From contig JABMRB010001404.1 of the NCBI GenBank assembly GCA_013202865.1, positions 1 to 55,151 on the forward strand: a DNA stretch of 55,151 nt, written 5' to 3'. This stretch comes from Candidatus Nealsonbacteria bacterium. Its GTDB lineage: Bacteria; Planctomycetota; Planctomycetia; Pirellulales; Thermoguttaceae. Shown here piece after piece: positions 8,120 to 16,461 of this stretch (positions are counted from its first letter, which is position 1; each line of letters opens with the position of its first letter). A program made the position numbers and the translations under genes. Below the pieces are notes generated by a model, which ran no database searches, was not told the DNA's origin, and saw only the letters and a program-made list of their open reading frames with translations.

Positions 8120-8851
8120 ATGGTAACTGAGCCGACTGTTTTCGTGGTTGACAGTAATGCCGAGGACCGCGCAGTTGTCGCCAAGCTTGCCGAACAGATG
8201 AGCTTGTCTTGTAAGGAATACAAATCGGGCCAGGACTTCTTAGCCGAATACGAGCAGTCCTGGCCGGGTTGTCTTGTGGTGGAAGTCAGGATCCCGGACG
8301 TCGGCGGCTTGCAGATCCAACATGCTCTGGCTCGAGACGGTGCGCCGCTGCCAGTGGTTTTCCTGACCGGATACGCTGATGCTCCAACCGCCGTGCGAGC
8401 GATGCGGGCTGGAGCCGTGCAGTTTCTGGAGAAACCGTCCAACGATCACACCTTGTGGGATGCGATCCAAGAGGCGATCGCTTTGGATGCTCAACTCCGA
8501 CGCGAACACGCAGAACACCAGGAACGGGAAGAAGTCCTCGGGCGTCTGACGGAGAAGGAATATCAAGTATTGGAGTTGGTTCTCGACGGCAAGTCAAGCC
8601 AACGGATCGCCAAGGAACTGGACGTGTGTGTACGGACGGTCGAGATTCGACGCTCTTCGATGATGAAGAAGCTGGAAGTTCGATCGGTGCCGGAACTTCT
8701 GAAATTCGCGGCAACTGTGATCCGCGGAAACTTAGGGAACGAAGAGTATCTGCAGAGCCCCTGGCACGATGGCTCACCGCTACTTCGGCCCCATCGCGAG
8801 CCGGTGGCCGGGATTGCCAGACGCGGTAATGGAAATGGAAACGGACGGTGA
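8120..8851 (+). CDS. FixJ/NarL-family response regulator paralog, acceptor Asp replaced by Glu
   Basis: VFVVDSNAED, LVVEVRIPDVGG (Glu at the acceptor position), VVFLTGYADAP, EKPS. HTH: LTEKEYQVLELVLDGKSSQRIAKELDVCVRTVEIRRSSMMKKL. GAGGG lies before ATG 8120. Confidence 0.85.
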   Translation: MVTEPTVFVVDSNAEDRAVVAKLAEQMSLSCKEYKSGQDFLAEYEQSWPGCLVVEVRIPDVGGLQIQHALARDGAPLPVVFLTGYADAPTAVRAMRAGAVQFLEKPSNDHTLWDAIQEAIALDAQLRREHAEHQEREEVLGRLTEKEYQVLELVLDGKSSQRIAKELDVCVRTVEIRRSSMMKKLEVRSVPELLKFAATVIRGNLGNEEYLQSPWHDGSPLLRPHREPVAGIARRGNGNGNGR

Positions 8852-9815
8852 ATCTAGCGGTCCTCGTAGTATCAGCCGAGTAAGCATCGTGAAACCACCG
8901 ACATCCCGAATATCGAACACCCTGCCGGTGAACTCATGGCCGTTGCTGGCATGGGTCGTATTGGCCGGCCTTGTCGCATGGTCGTATGGCGAGGCACTCG
9001 GCGGGAGTGCTCACCGTTGGTGGAACGAGCCAGACTACCTCTACGGCTTTCTGGTGGCACCGTTTGCCGTGTTTCTGCTGTGGCGTCGGCGGGACATGTT
9101 TCAGCCGACGGGCCAACGGGGGAGTTGGTGGGGGCTGGTGCTGCTTGCGCTGGCAGCCGCGATTAGGTGTGCATCCGCCTATTTTAACTTTGCTTTGCTG
9201 GAGCCGTTGTCGCTGATCCCTTGCCTGGCGGGAATTGTGCTATTGGTCGGCGGATGGTGGGCGATGCGATGGACATGGCCATCCATTGTGTTCCTGGTCT
9301 TCATGGTACCGCTGCCCGGATTCCTTGCCGAAGCCTTGAGCCATCCACTTCAACGTGTTGGGACGATTGTCGGCACGTACGTGATTCAAGGCTTGGGGAT
9401 CCCCTCCGTGGCCCGGGGAAACGTTATCATTCTCAGCGGGGGTACAGAGCTTGGGGTCGCCGAGGTATGCAGCGGCTTGCGGATGTTGATGTTGTTTGCC
9501 GCCGTATGCACAGGTGCTGCGTTGATGTCGCGCCGCAACGCCATCGAGAAGGCGGTGATCATCCTGAGTGCTGTGCCGATTGCGGTATTCGCCAATGTGA
9601 CACGAATTGCCGTAACGGCTACGCTCTACGCATGGGCAAGCGACGAACTGGCTAAGGCCGTATTTCACGACCTGGCAGCGTTCCTCATGCTGCCGATGGC
9701 GTTCCTGCTCTTGTGCGGAGAGATGCTTCTGCTGGACAAGCTGTTTCTCGATCCTGAGCCGGAAGGCCCGATGCCGATACGCGTAACCACGGAAACGGCC
9801 TCCGACAAGATCTAA
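8829..9815 (+). CDS. exosortase (EpsH/Xrt family)
   Basis: Multi-pass membrane protein with YLYGFLVAPF, a Cys motif AEVCSGLRML, NVTRIA and FHDLAAF. Start is uncertain: ATG 8829 or 8835 overlap the regulator stop at 8851, and GTG 8889 is the alternative. Subtype not assignable by eye. Confidence 0.85.
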   Translation: MEMETDGESSGPRSISRVSIVKPPTSRISNTLPVNSWPLLAWVVLAGLVAWSYGEALGGSAHRWWNEPDYLYGFLVAPFAVFLLWRRRDMFQPTGQRGSWWGLVLLALAAAIRCASAYFNFALLEPLSLIPCLAGIVLLVGGWWAMRWTWPSIVFLVFMVPLPGFLAEALSHPLQRVGTIVGTYVIQGLGIPSVARGNVIILSGGTELGVAEVCSGLRMLMLFAAVCTGAALMSRRNAIEKAVIILSAVPIAVFANVTRIAVTATLYAWASDELAKAVFHDLAAFLMLPMAFLLLCGEMLLLDKLFLDPEPEGPMPIRVTTETASDKI

Positions 9816-9887
9816 CGCGGCACAATGGAAGGCCGCAGAACGGTTTCCAAGCTGTCGCGATCTTATTTCGGGAAGTAGAATACACCC

Positions 9888-12101
9888 ATGTCTGACAGGA
9901 ATGATTCATTGCCATTGAGCAACTTGCCAAGCCCCGGTGGACCGGTAACGCATTCTCCGGTCTCCGCTGGCTACACAGTTGACTCGACGGAGAGTGGACT
10001 CTCTCCGGCAGCAGCGCCTCACATGTCCTCATCTTCAGCCATGTCGGCGTACTTGCACTCGCTGCGACGTCGTTGGTTGCTTGTCACATGCATCGCCGTG
10101 CCGTGTGCCGTGTGGGCAGGGCTGGCCGTGGCGTGGGCAACTTCGGGCGACCAATACACAGCCACGGCGTTGCTCCGCATCAAGTCGTCGGAAGGTACCG
10201 TCATTGCGAACAGAGGGACTCAAGAGTCGTTTTCCGTCTACAAGGCAACCCAGCGCGTGTTAATCACAAGTGATTTAGTGATCGCGGCCGCGCTAGACAA
10301 ACTAAGAGATACCAAGCTTCCGATTGTCCAGCAAAACGAAAACAACCCGGAACGTGCGATTGCGGACGGACTGACAATAGTCTTTCCGGAAAACGCCGAG
10401 ATTCTGCGAGTGAGCTTTACCAGCAGCGATCGTGGCGAGACGGCCAAGCTGGTAAATGCCGTGGTCGAAGCGTACATGAGCGAAGCGGTAAATACCAATC
10501 AGAACGAGAAAAAGGGGCGACTCAAAAACCTCGAAGTGGTTTTCGTGAGCAAGAGCAACGAGCTGCGCGAAAAGCAGAATACTCTCAAGGGGCTGGTGGA
10601 TCAACTTGGGCTCGCAGACAGTACTGCCATTCGCCTGAGCCAACATACGGCGGTGCAATTGCTGGGCGAATACCAGAGGCAGATCATGGCGATATCCTTT
10701 GATCTGTACACTGCGCAAGTCAAGTGCGACCTCGCCAAGGCGGCGGTATCGAAAACCGTCGACGACATTGATGTCTCCGAGAAGGAGTTGGATTCCCGAA
10801 CGGCGTCGGATTCGACCAGTAGCCAGATGTTCTTTCAACTGACTCAGCTCGAACAGTTGCTGGAAGTAACGGAGTCGGTCGACCTGCAAGGTCAACGGAC
10901 GGAGGAACTCCGAGGCCAACTGAAGGAGATTAAGGAACTCTACGAAGCTCGACGCAACGAGTTACTTACCCGGCTAAAACATGGTAGGCACGAGGAGTCC
11001 CGTGTGGCGGTGGCCCGGTTGGAGAGCCAGATTCAACTCCTCAAGACCCAGATGCAAATGTTTGAGCAGAAGCTCGTCGAGCAACGACAGGAAGTCGCGA
11101 AGTACGGCGGGTCTTCTTTCGATGTTGATATGATGAAGGACGAGATCGAAGATATCAAGGGCGTTCTCGCTAGGGTCAGCGAAAGGATTCAGGTCATGAA
11201 GATCGAGTCTCTGAAGCCCTTCAGAGTATCGTTGATGCAGAAGGCCTCGCGACCAAAGACTCCGGACGACAACCCGCGCCTGGCAAAAACTGCCCTGGCG
11301 ACGCTGATGGGGCTGATGCTACCCGCGTTCGGCATTGTCTGGTGGGAAAACCGCACGCATCGCATTAGTTCGTCCACGGAAGTATCCAACGGACTTAGTC
11401 TGTCGGTGCTCGGGTCCGTGCCGCTCGTTCCCCGACGGTTTGTCGGCGCGTCGGATTCTTCATCCGTCGCCGGCAAGTATTGGCATTCACTGCTTGCCAA
11501 GTCCGTTGATGGAATCGTGGCCATGTTGCTCTGCGGCGACGAACGGGAACAAGACAAGGTGATTCTGGTTTCCAGCGCAAGCGCCGGCGAGGGAAAGACG
11601 ACACTCGCAGTCCAACTCGCCATGAGTCTCGGTAGGTCCGGCCGGCGCACGATGCTGATCGATTTCGACCTCTATAAACCGGCAATCCACAAGGTGTTCG
11701 GTCTTCAGATGGAGCCGGGGGTCGGCGAAATCCTCAGCCACGAAAAGGAGTTGGAGCAAGTAGTACAGCCGTCTCTCCACGATAACTTATCGGTGATTAC
11801 GGCGGGCCGTTGGAACAAGAACGTCACGGAGGTGCTGAGCAACAGCGTGTCGTCGGCGTTGTTCGAGAAGCTCCGTGCAGATTACGAGTTTGTCATCGTC
11901 GACACCGCACCAATCCTTCCTTCAGCAGAGACGCGGCTTGTCGGCCAATACGTGGACGGAGCCATTCTGTCGGTCCTGCGAGACGTTAGCCAGGCCCCCA
12001 AGGTCCTGGCCGCAAGCGAGTTGCTCGCAAGGTTCGGTATTCGCTCCCTGGGGGCCGTCGTTACCGGTGCCGGTGAAGCGGTGTACTACGACTACAAGTG
12101 A
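9888..12101 (+). CDS. polysaccharide co-polymerase (Wzz-like) fused to BY-type tyrosine autokinase
   Basis: N-terminal TM, a long coiled-coil region, a second TM, then SASAGEGKTT (Walker A), LIDFDLYKP (A-prime), VIVDTAPILP (Walker B) and a terminal Tyr cluster VYYDYK. Confidence 0.88.
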   Translation: MSDRNDSLPLSNLPSPGGPVTHSPVSAGYTVDSTESGLSPAAAPHMSSSSAMSAYLHSLRRRWLLVTCIAVPCAVWAGLAVAWATSGDQYTATALLRIKSSEGTVIANRGTQESFSVYKATQRVLITSDLVIAAALDKLRDTKLPIVQQNENNPERAIADGLTIVFPENAEILRVSFTSSDRGETAKLVNAVVEAYMSEAVNTNQNEKKGRLKNLEVVFVSKSNELREKQNTLKGLVDQLGLADSTAIRLSQHTAVQLLGEYQRQIMAISFDLYTAQVKCDLAKAAVSKTVDDIDVSEKELDSRTASDSTSSQMFFQLTQLEQLLEVTESVDLQGQRTEELRGQLKEIKELYEARRNELLTRLKHGRHEESRVAVARLESQIQLLKTQMQMFEQKLVEQRQEVAKYGGSSFDVDMMKDEIEDIKGVLARVSERIQVMKIESLKPFRVSLMQKASRPKTPDDNPRLAKTALATLMGLMLPAFGIVWWENRTHRISSSTEVSNGLSLSVLGSVPLVPRRFVGASDSSSVAGKYWHSLLAKSVDGIVAMLLCGDEREQDKVILVSSASAGEGKTTLAVQLAMSLGRSGRRTMLIDFDLYKPAIHKVFGLQMEPGVGEILSHEKELEQVVQPSLHDNLSVITAGRWNKNVTEVLSNSVSSALFEKLRADYEFVIVDTAPILPSAETRLVGQYVDGAILSVLRDVSQAPKVLAASELLARFGIRSLGAVVTGAGEAVYYDYK

Positions 12102-12170
12102 CAACGTGTCTGCCGTCCACCCGTTAAGTAACGTACTGAATCGACAACTCATTCCTGTCTCACCGCGAGC

Positions 12171-12812
12171 GTGTCCACCATGGGAGTAACCATTCGTTTC
12201 CTCGTCGCGTGTATCGTCGTCGTTCTCATCTACGCGACGACCTCCATGCTGCGCGAAGGAGGGTCGGCAGGGGGAGTGAGGCCGCTTAGGAAGGACTTGC
12301 AGGAGTTGCCCTTGTCTCTCGGGGAGTGGGAAGGCGAGGAAGGGGAGTTGGACCCCGAGATATTCCAGAAGACGGGAGCCGTCGACACCATCGACCGCAC
12401 GTATCGAGATGCAGCAGGACACCAGGTAATCCTTCACAGCGCCTACTGGGACGAATACGGAGTGGGGCCACCTCACGACCCACACGTCTGCTATCCGGGC
12501 GCAGGCTATCGGATCACCCATGAGAAAGACGTCCTGCTCGACGGACCGAACAAATCCACCTGCCGGGCACGCCTGCTAACCTTAGCTCTGGACGGCCGGG
12601 TGGAGTATGTCCTGTACTGGTACCAACACGGCGATAGCGTTTTCGTCGACCGTGCCGGGCTGCGGAAGTCCCGCCAGAAGTGGCGTGGCCGGAAGGTTTG
12701 GCCACCCGTCTTCAAGGTGATGCTTCAAACCGACGGCACGGGAGCGGAACAGGCCGTCAAACGACTTCAAAGTATTGCTGAACCCACGTTCGGTTGGACG
12801 CAGGAACTCTAG
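12171..12812 (+). CDS. EpsI-family exosortase-associated protein
   Basis: Single N-terminal TM, LPLSLGEWEGEE, and HDPHVCYPGAGYRI resembling the EpsI H-P-x-x-C-x-P-G-x-G motif. Located in the exosortase neighbourhood. ATG 12180 is an alternative start. Confidence 0.7.
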   Translation: MSTMGVTIRFLVACIVVVLIYATTSMLREGGSAGGVRPLRKDLQELPLSLGEWEGEEGELDPEIFQKTGAVDTIDRTYRDAAGHQVILHSAYWDEYGVGPPHDPHVCYPGAGYRITHEKDVLLDGPNKSTCRARLLTLALDGRVEYVLYWYQHGDSVFVDRAGLRKSRQKWRGRKVWPPVFKVMLQTDGTGAEQAVKRLQSIAEPTFGWTQEL

Positions 12813-12864
12813 CGACCCAGAGGCTTTCGAGAGATCTATTCTCGTTTTGAATTCCTAGGTTACG

Positions 12865-13769
12865 ATGCAAGAAGAAACTCAGACTGTGTGTGTCCCCACT
12901 TCGTCACCGAAAGCGGGAGATTCCCTGCAAAGTCCATCCACTCCCCCTGACCCCGGTGTCCTGGTGATACAGCCCTCGTCCGGCTGGCGGGCGATCGACT
13001 TTCGCGAGTTTTGGCGTTATCACGAGCTGCTGTTCTTCCTCACCTGGCGTGACGTCAAGGTCCGTTACAAGCAGACCGTCTTGGGCGCCCTTTGGGCGAT
13101 CATCCAACCGGTGATGACGATGATCGTCTTCACGATCTTCTTCGGCCGGCTCGGCGGCATGTCGCAACACACCACGGTCGCCTACCCGATCTTTGTCTAC
13201 GCGGCCCTGTTACCCTGGCAGTTTTTCTCCGGCTCGGTGAGCAAGAGTGGACAGAGCCTGATTACCAGCGCCAATCTGCTCACCAAGGTTTACTTCCCCC
13301 GACTGATCATCCCCTGTGCGTCGGTAGGCGGTTTGCTCGTCGACTTCGCCATCTCGTTCGGCGTGATGGTGCTGTTGATGTTCTACTATGGTGCCGTGCC
13401 GACGATCAACATACTGTTCGTGCCCGTGCTGGTGATGGGCACGATCCTGGCCGCGTTGGGCGTGGGCACGTTTCTGTCGGCCTTGGCAGTGGCTTACCGC
13501 GATTTCCGTTACGTGATCCCTTCATGGTCCAACTGTGGATGTTTGCCAGCCCAGTAGCCTATCCCTACAGCGTCATCCCCGAACGCTGGCAGTTAGTCTA
13601 CGCCCTGAACCCCATGGCCGGTATCATCAGCGGCTACCGGTCAGCCATGCTGGGCGAACCGTTCCGCTGGGCTGAGATGGCCATCTCGTTCCTCGTGGCC
13701 GCGGTGCTGTTTTCCATCGGGGCCGTTTACTTTCGCCGCATCGAACGTCGTTTCGCCGATATCGTCTAA
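12865..13769 (+). pseudogene. wzm: ABC-2 type polysaccharide export permease (Wzm/KpsM-like), interrupted by a 1-nt frameshift
   Basis: Frame A reads ...WRDVKVRYKQTVLGALWAIIQP...AVAYRDFRYVIP up to about 13520. Frame B continues FMVQLWMFASPVAYPYSVIPERW...YFRRIERRFADIV to 13769. The switch sits at the C-run 13518-13520. Confidence 0.85.
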
Positions 13770-13775
13770 TATCCC

Positions 13776-13796
13776 CCCTCTCCCTCCGGGAGAGGG
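13776..13796. repeat. perfect 9-bp stem / 3-nt loop hairpin (REP-like) between wzm and wzt
   Basis: CCCTCTCCC-TCC-GGGAGAGGG read directly, followed by a G-rich tract TCGGGGTGAGGGC. Confidence 0.8.
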
Positions 13797-13865
13797 TCGG
13801 GGTGAGGGCCTTTGGAAATCAAAGCGAGCCCAACCCCCCCACTACCACCGAAGACCGACCATCGC

Positions 13866-15155
13866 ATGACCCAACCCACCATCCGCGTCGAAAACCTCGC
13901 CAAGCAGTACCAGATCGGTGCTCAAGAGAAGGGCTACGGCACCTTCCGCGAGGCAATCATGGACCTGGCCGCCGCCCCGTTCCACCGCTTCCGCCGCCTC
14001 GCCGGTCGCAGCCACCAGCACGAAACCTTCTGGGCGCTGCGGGACATCTCCTTCGACGTCCAGCCCGGCGAAGTCGTTGGCATCATCGGCCGCAACGGCG
14101 CCGGCAAGAGCACGCTGCTAAAAGTTCTCTCCCGCATTACCGAACCGACCGAAGGCCGGGCCACTGTTCGCGGCCGCGTGGGCAGCCTGCTGGAAGTGGG
14201 CACCGGCTTCCACGCCGAGTTGACGGGCCGAGAAAACGTCTTCCTCAACGGCGCCATCCTGGGCATGAGCCGCGTGGAGATTAAGAGCAAGTTCGACGAG
14301 ATCGTCGCCTTCGCCGAGGTCGAAAAGTTTCTCGACACACCCGTCAAACGCTACTCCAGCGGCATGAAAGTCCGCCTCGGTTTCGCCGTCGCTGCCCATC
14401 TGGAGCCGGAGATTCTGATCGTCGACGAAGTCCTCTCGGTCGGCGACGCCTCCTTCCAGAAGAAGTGCCTCGGCAAGATGAACGAAGTCTCGGTCGGCGG
14501 CCGGACCGTGCTCTTCGTCTCGCACAACATGCAGGCCGTGCGTTCGCTTTGCAGTCGGGCCGTCATGCTACACGAGGGCAAGCTTCTCGAAGATGCCGAA
14601 GTGAACGAGGTCGTCGACACCTACCTGAGCACGGCCCTGGCCACCAAGACCAACCAAACCTGGGACACCCCCGAGTCGGCCCCAGGCAACGAGTGGATCC
14701 GCCTGCACAAGATGCGCATCGTCCCGGCCGATGGCTCCGACCCCAACGAAATGGGCCTCGAAACCCCCTTTGCCGTCGAGTGCTGCTATTGGAATCTCAA
14801 AGCTGATACCCACCTCAATCTGAGCATGCAGCTGTATAATGGGGAGAATGTTTGCGTCTTCGCCACCAACACGGGTAACGAACGACGTTGGCACGGCCAG
14901 GCCTTTCCGGCGGGCCTCTTCCGTAGCGTTTGCCATATCCCGGCCAATCTCCTTAACGACGGAAGCTACCGTGTCAAGATGATGTTCGTCAAGGATCGAT
15001 CTCGGCCGGTGTGCGTGCTCAACGATGTTCTGATATTTGATATCCACGAATACGAACGCGGCGGCAATTGGTTCGGCAAGCGCCCCGGTGCCGTCCGCCC
15101 GGTGCTCGATTGGACTACGGAACGCATTTCCGCCGACAGGATTGAAAAATGCTAG
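13866..15155 (+). CDS. wzt: polysaccharide ABC exporter ATP-binding protein with C-terminal extension (Wzt-like)
   Basis: GIIGRNGAGKSTLLK (Walker A), YSSGMKVRLGFAVA (signature), LIVDEVLSVGD (Walker B), VSHN (H-loop). About 190 aa of extra C-terminal domain. Confidence 0.9.
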   Translation: MTQPTIRVENLAKQYQIGAQEKGYGTFREAIMDLAAAPFHRFRRLAGRSHQHETFWALRDISFDVQPGEVVGIIGRNGAGKSTLLKVLSRITEPTEGRATVRGRVGSLLEVGTGFHAELTGRENVFLNGAILGMSRVEIKSKFDEIVAFAEVEKFLDTPVKRYSSGMKVRLGFAVAAHLEPEILIVDEVLSVGDASFQKKCLGKMNEVSVGGRTVLFVSHNMQAVRSLCSRAVMLHEGKLLEDAEVNEVVDTYLSTALATKTNQTWDTPESAPGNEWIRLHKMRIVPADGSDPNEMGLETPFAVECCYWNLKADTHLNLSMQLYNGENVCVFATNTGNERRWHGQAFPAGLFRSVCHIPANLLNDGSYRVKMMFVKDRSRPVCVLNDVLIFDIHEYERGGNWFGKRPGAVRPVLDWTTERISADRIEKC

Positions 15156-15904
15156 GTGTTCGAAGATTGCTGCGTCGTGCGGTACGGTCATACCGTTGGC
15201 GGATTTGTCACCGTTGGCGAATTCGTCGGCGGAGGAAAATTAAGCTGTTTGGCATTGGGCGCAATAAGACAGGCACCACTTCGCTCGCTACCGCGATGCA
15301 TGATCTGGGCTATATCTGTGCTCCACAACGACCTTTTGAACTTCTGTTTGACGATTGGGTGGATCGTCGATTCGACCGCATACTCAAACTATGCCGTAAC
15401 TACGAAGCATTTCAAGATACTCCTTTCAGTCTGCCCTATACGTATCAGGCTCTCGATCGGGCTTTCCCTGGCAGCAAGTTCGTGCTCACCGTTCGCGATA
15501 GTGCGGAGGCCTGGTACCGCTCCGTGACCCGATTTCACAGCCGTCTTTTCGGCGGCGGTGAGATTCCGACCTCGCGGATGCTGCGCGAAGCCGCTTACTG
15601 CTACCCGGGATGGATGCTCAAGGTGGTGCAGGGAGTGTATCATACTGATCCGGAAAACCTTTACGACCGCGACGCGCTCATGCGCACGTATGAGAGACAC
15701 AACGAATCGGTGGTGGACTACTTCGTAAATCGACCTGACGATCTGCTTGTCCTGAACGTGGCCAGTAGCGGTGCATACGCGATGCTCTGTGAGTTCCTCG
15801 GGCAGCCATGCACCACGCAAGACTTTCCGTGGAAGAATCAAACCGATCACATAGCCGTTCGTGCGGTAAGTACCGCAGCTCCCAAATCAGCTTCGACGCC
15901 ATAG
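15149..15904 (+). CDS. sulfotransferase family protein (ST1)
   Basis: 5'-PSB-like FGIGRNKTGTTSLATAM and 3'-PB-like LTVRDSAEAWYRSV. The start ATG overlaps the wzt stop (ATGCTAG). Confidence 0.72.
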   Translation: MLGVRRLLRRAVRSYRWRICHRWRIRRRRKIKLFGIGRNKTGTTSLATAMHDLGYICAPQRPFELLFDDWVDRRFDRILKLCRNYEAFQDTPFSLPYTYQALDRAFPGSKFVLTVRDSAEAWYRSVTRFHSRLFGGGEIPTSRMLREAAYCYPGWMLKVVQGVYHTDPENLYDRDALMRTYERHNESVVDYFVNRPDDLLVLNVASSGAYAMLCEFLGQPCTTQDFPWKNQTDHIAVRAVSTAAPKSASTP

Positions 15905-16011
15905 CCGCTTCCACCCTTCCCGCTTCGTACTTGCAGTGCTCAACTCGTGACCCGATCCTGTTGGATCTCTCGGCAACTGCAAATGGGGAGTACGATTTGC
16001 CTCCGCACAGC

Positions 16012-16377
16012 ATGAGAGAAGTAGCCATCTGGGGTGCCGGTGGCCAAGCACAGGTTGTCGCGGACATCATCCGTACGGGAACGGTTTGCGAGCCACGTTG
16101 GCACGGGCGAGCCTTTCCCGCGGGCCTCTTTCGCAGCGTTTGCCACATTCCGGGCAACCTGCTTAACGAAGGCAGCTTCCGCATCAAGATGATGTTCGTC
16201 AAGGACAAGTACCGGGCCGTGTGCGCGCTCGACGACGTCCTTGTGTTCGATGTTCATGAATACGAACGTAACAGCAATTGGTACGGCAAGCTGCCCGGCG
16301 CGGTGCGGCCGATGTTGGAATGGTCAACGGAACTAGTCCCGAATGCCGTGGCAACGCCGCCGAGCGAAGTTAATTAA
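16012..16377 (+). pseudogene. chimeric relic: NeuD-like acyltransferase N-terminus fused to a paralogous Wzt C-terminal fragment
   Basis: MREVAIWGAGGQAQVVADIIRTG has the NeuD/PglD-type N-terminal signature. It is followed by PRWHGRAFPAGLFRSVCHIPGNLLNEGSFRIKMMFVKD...EYERNSNWYGKLPGAVRPMLEW, about 75-80 percent identical to Wzt residues encoded at 14878-15125. Confidence 0.6.
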
Positions 16378-16461
16378 CGCCTCACGGGGCAGTTGACTGA
16401 ACGATCTCGATCGGTTTCTGGTGCAATTGCCAACAGAGAAAAGAGTCAATCGCCAGTAATT

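Noticed and set aside
8826-8850. GGWAAT micro-repeat encoding GNGNGNG at the end of the second regulator
   Set aside because: It is short low-complexity sequence in a gene tail, with no evidence of function beyond a possible overlap with the exosortase start.
13092-13520. 5' part of the 225-aa ORF at 13092-13769
   Set aside because: Only the segment after about 13521 matches the permease family. The upstream part is an out-of-frame read of wzm (His/Arg/Asp-rich).
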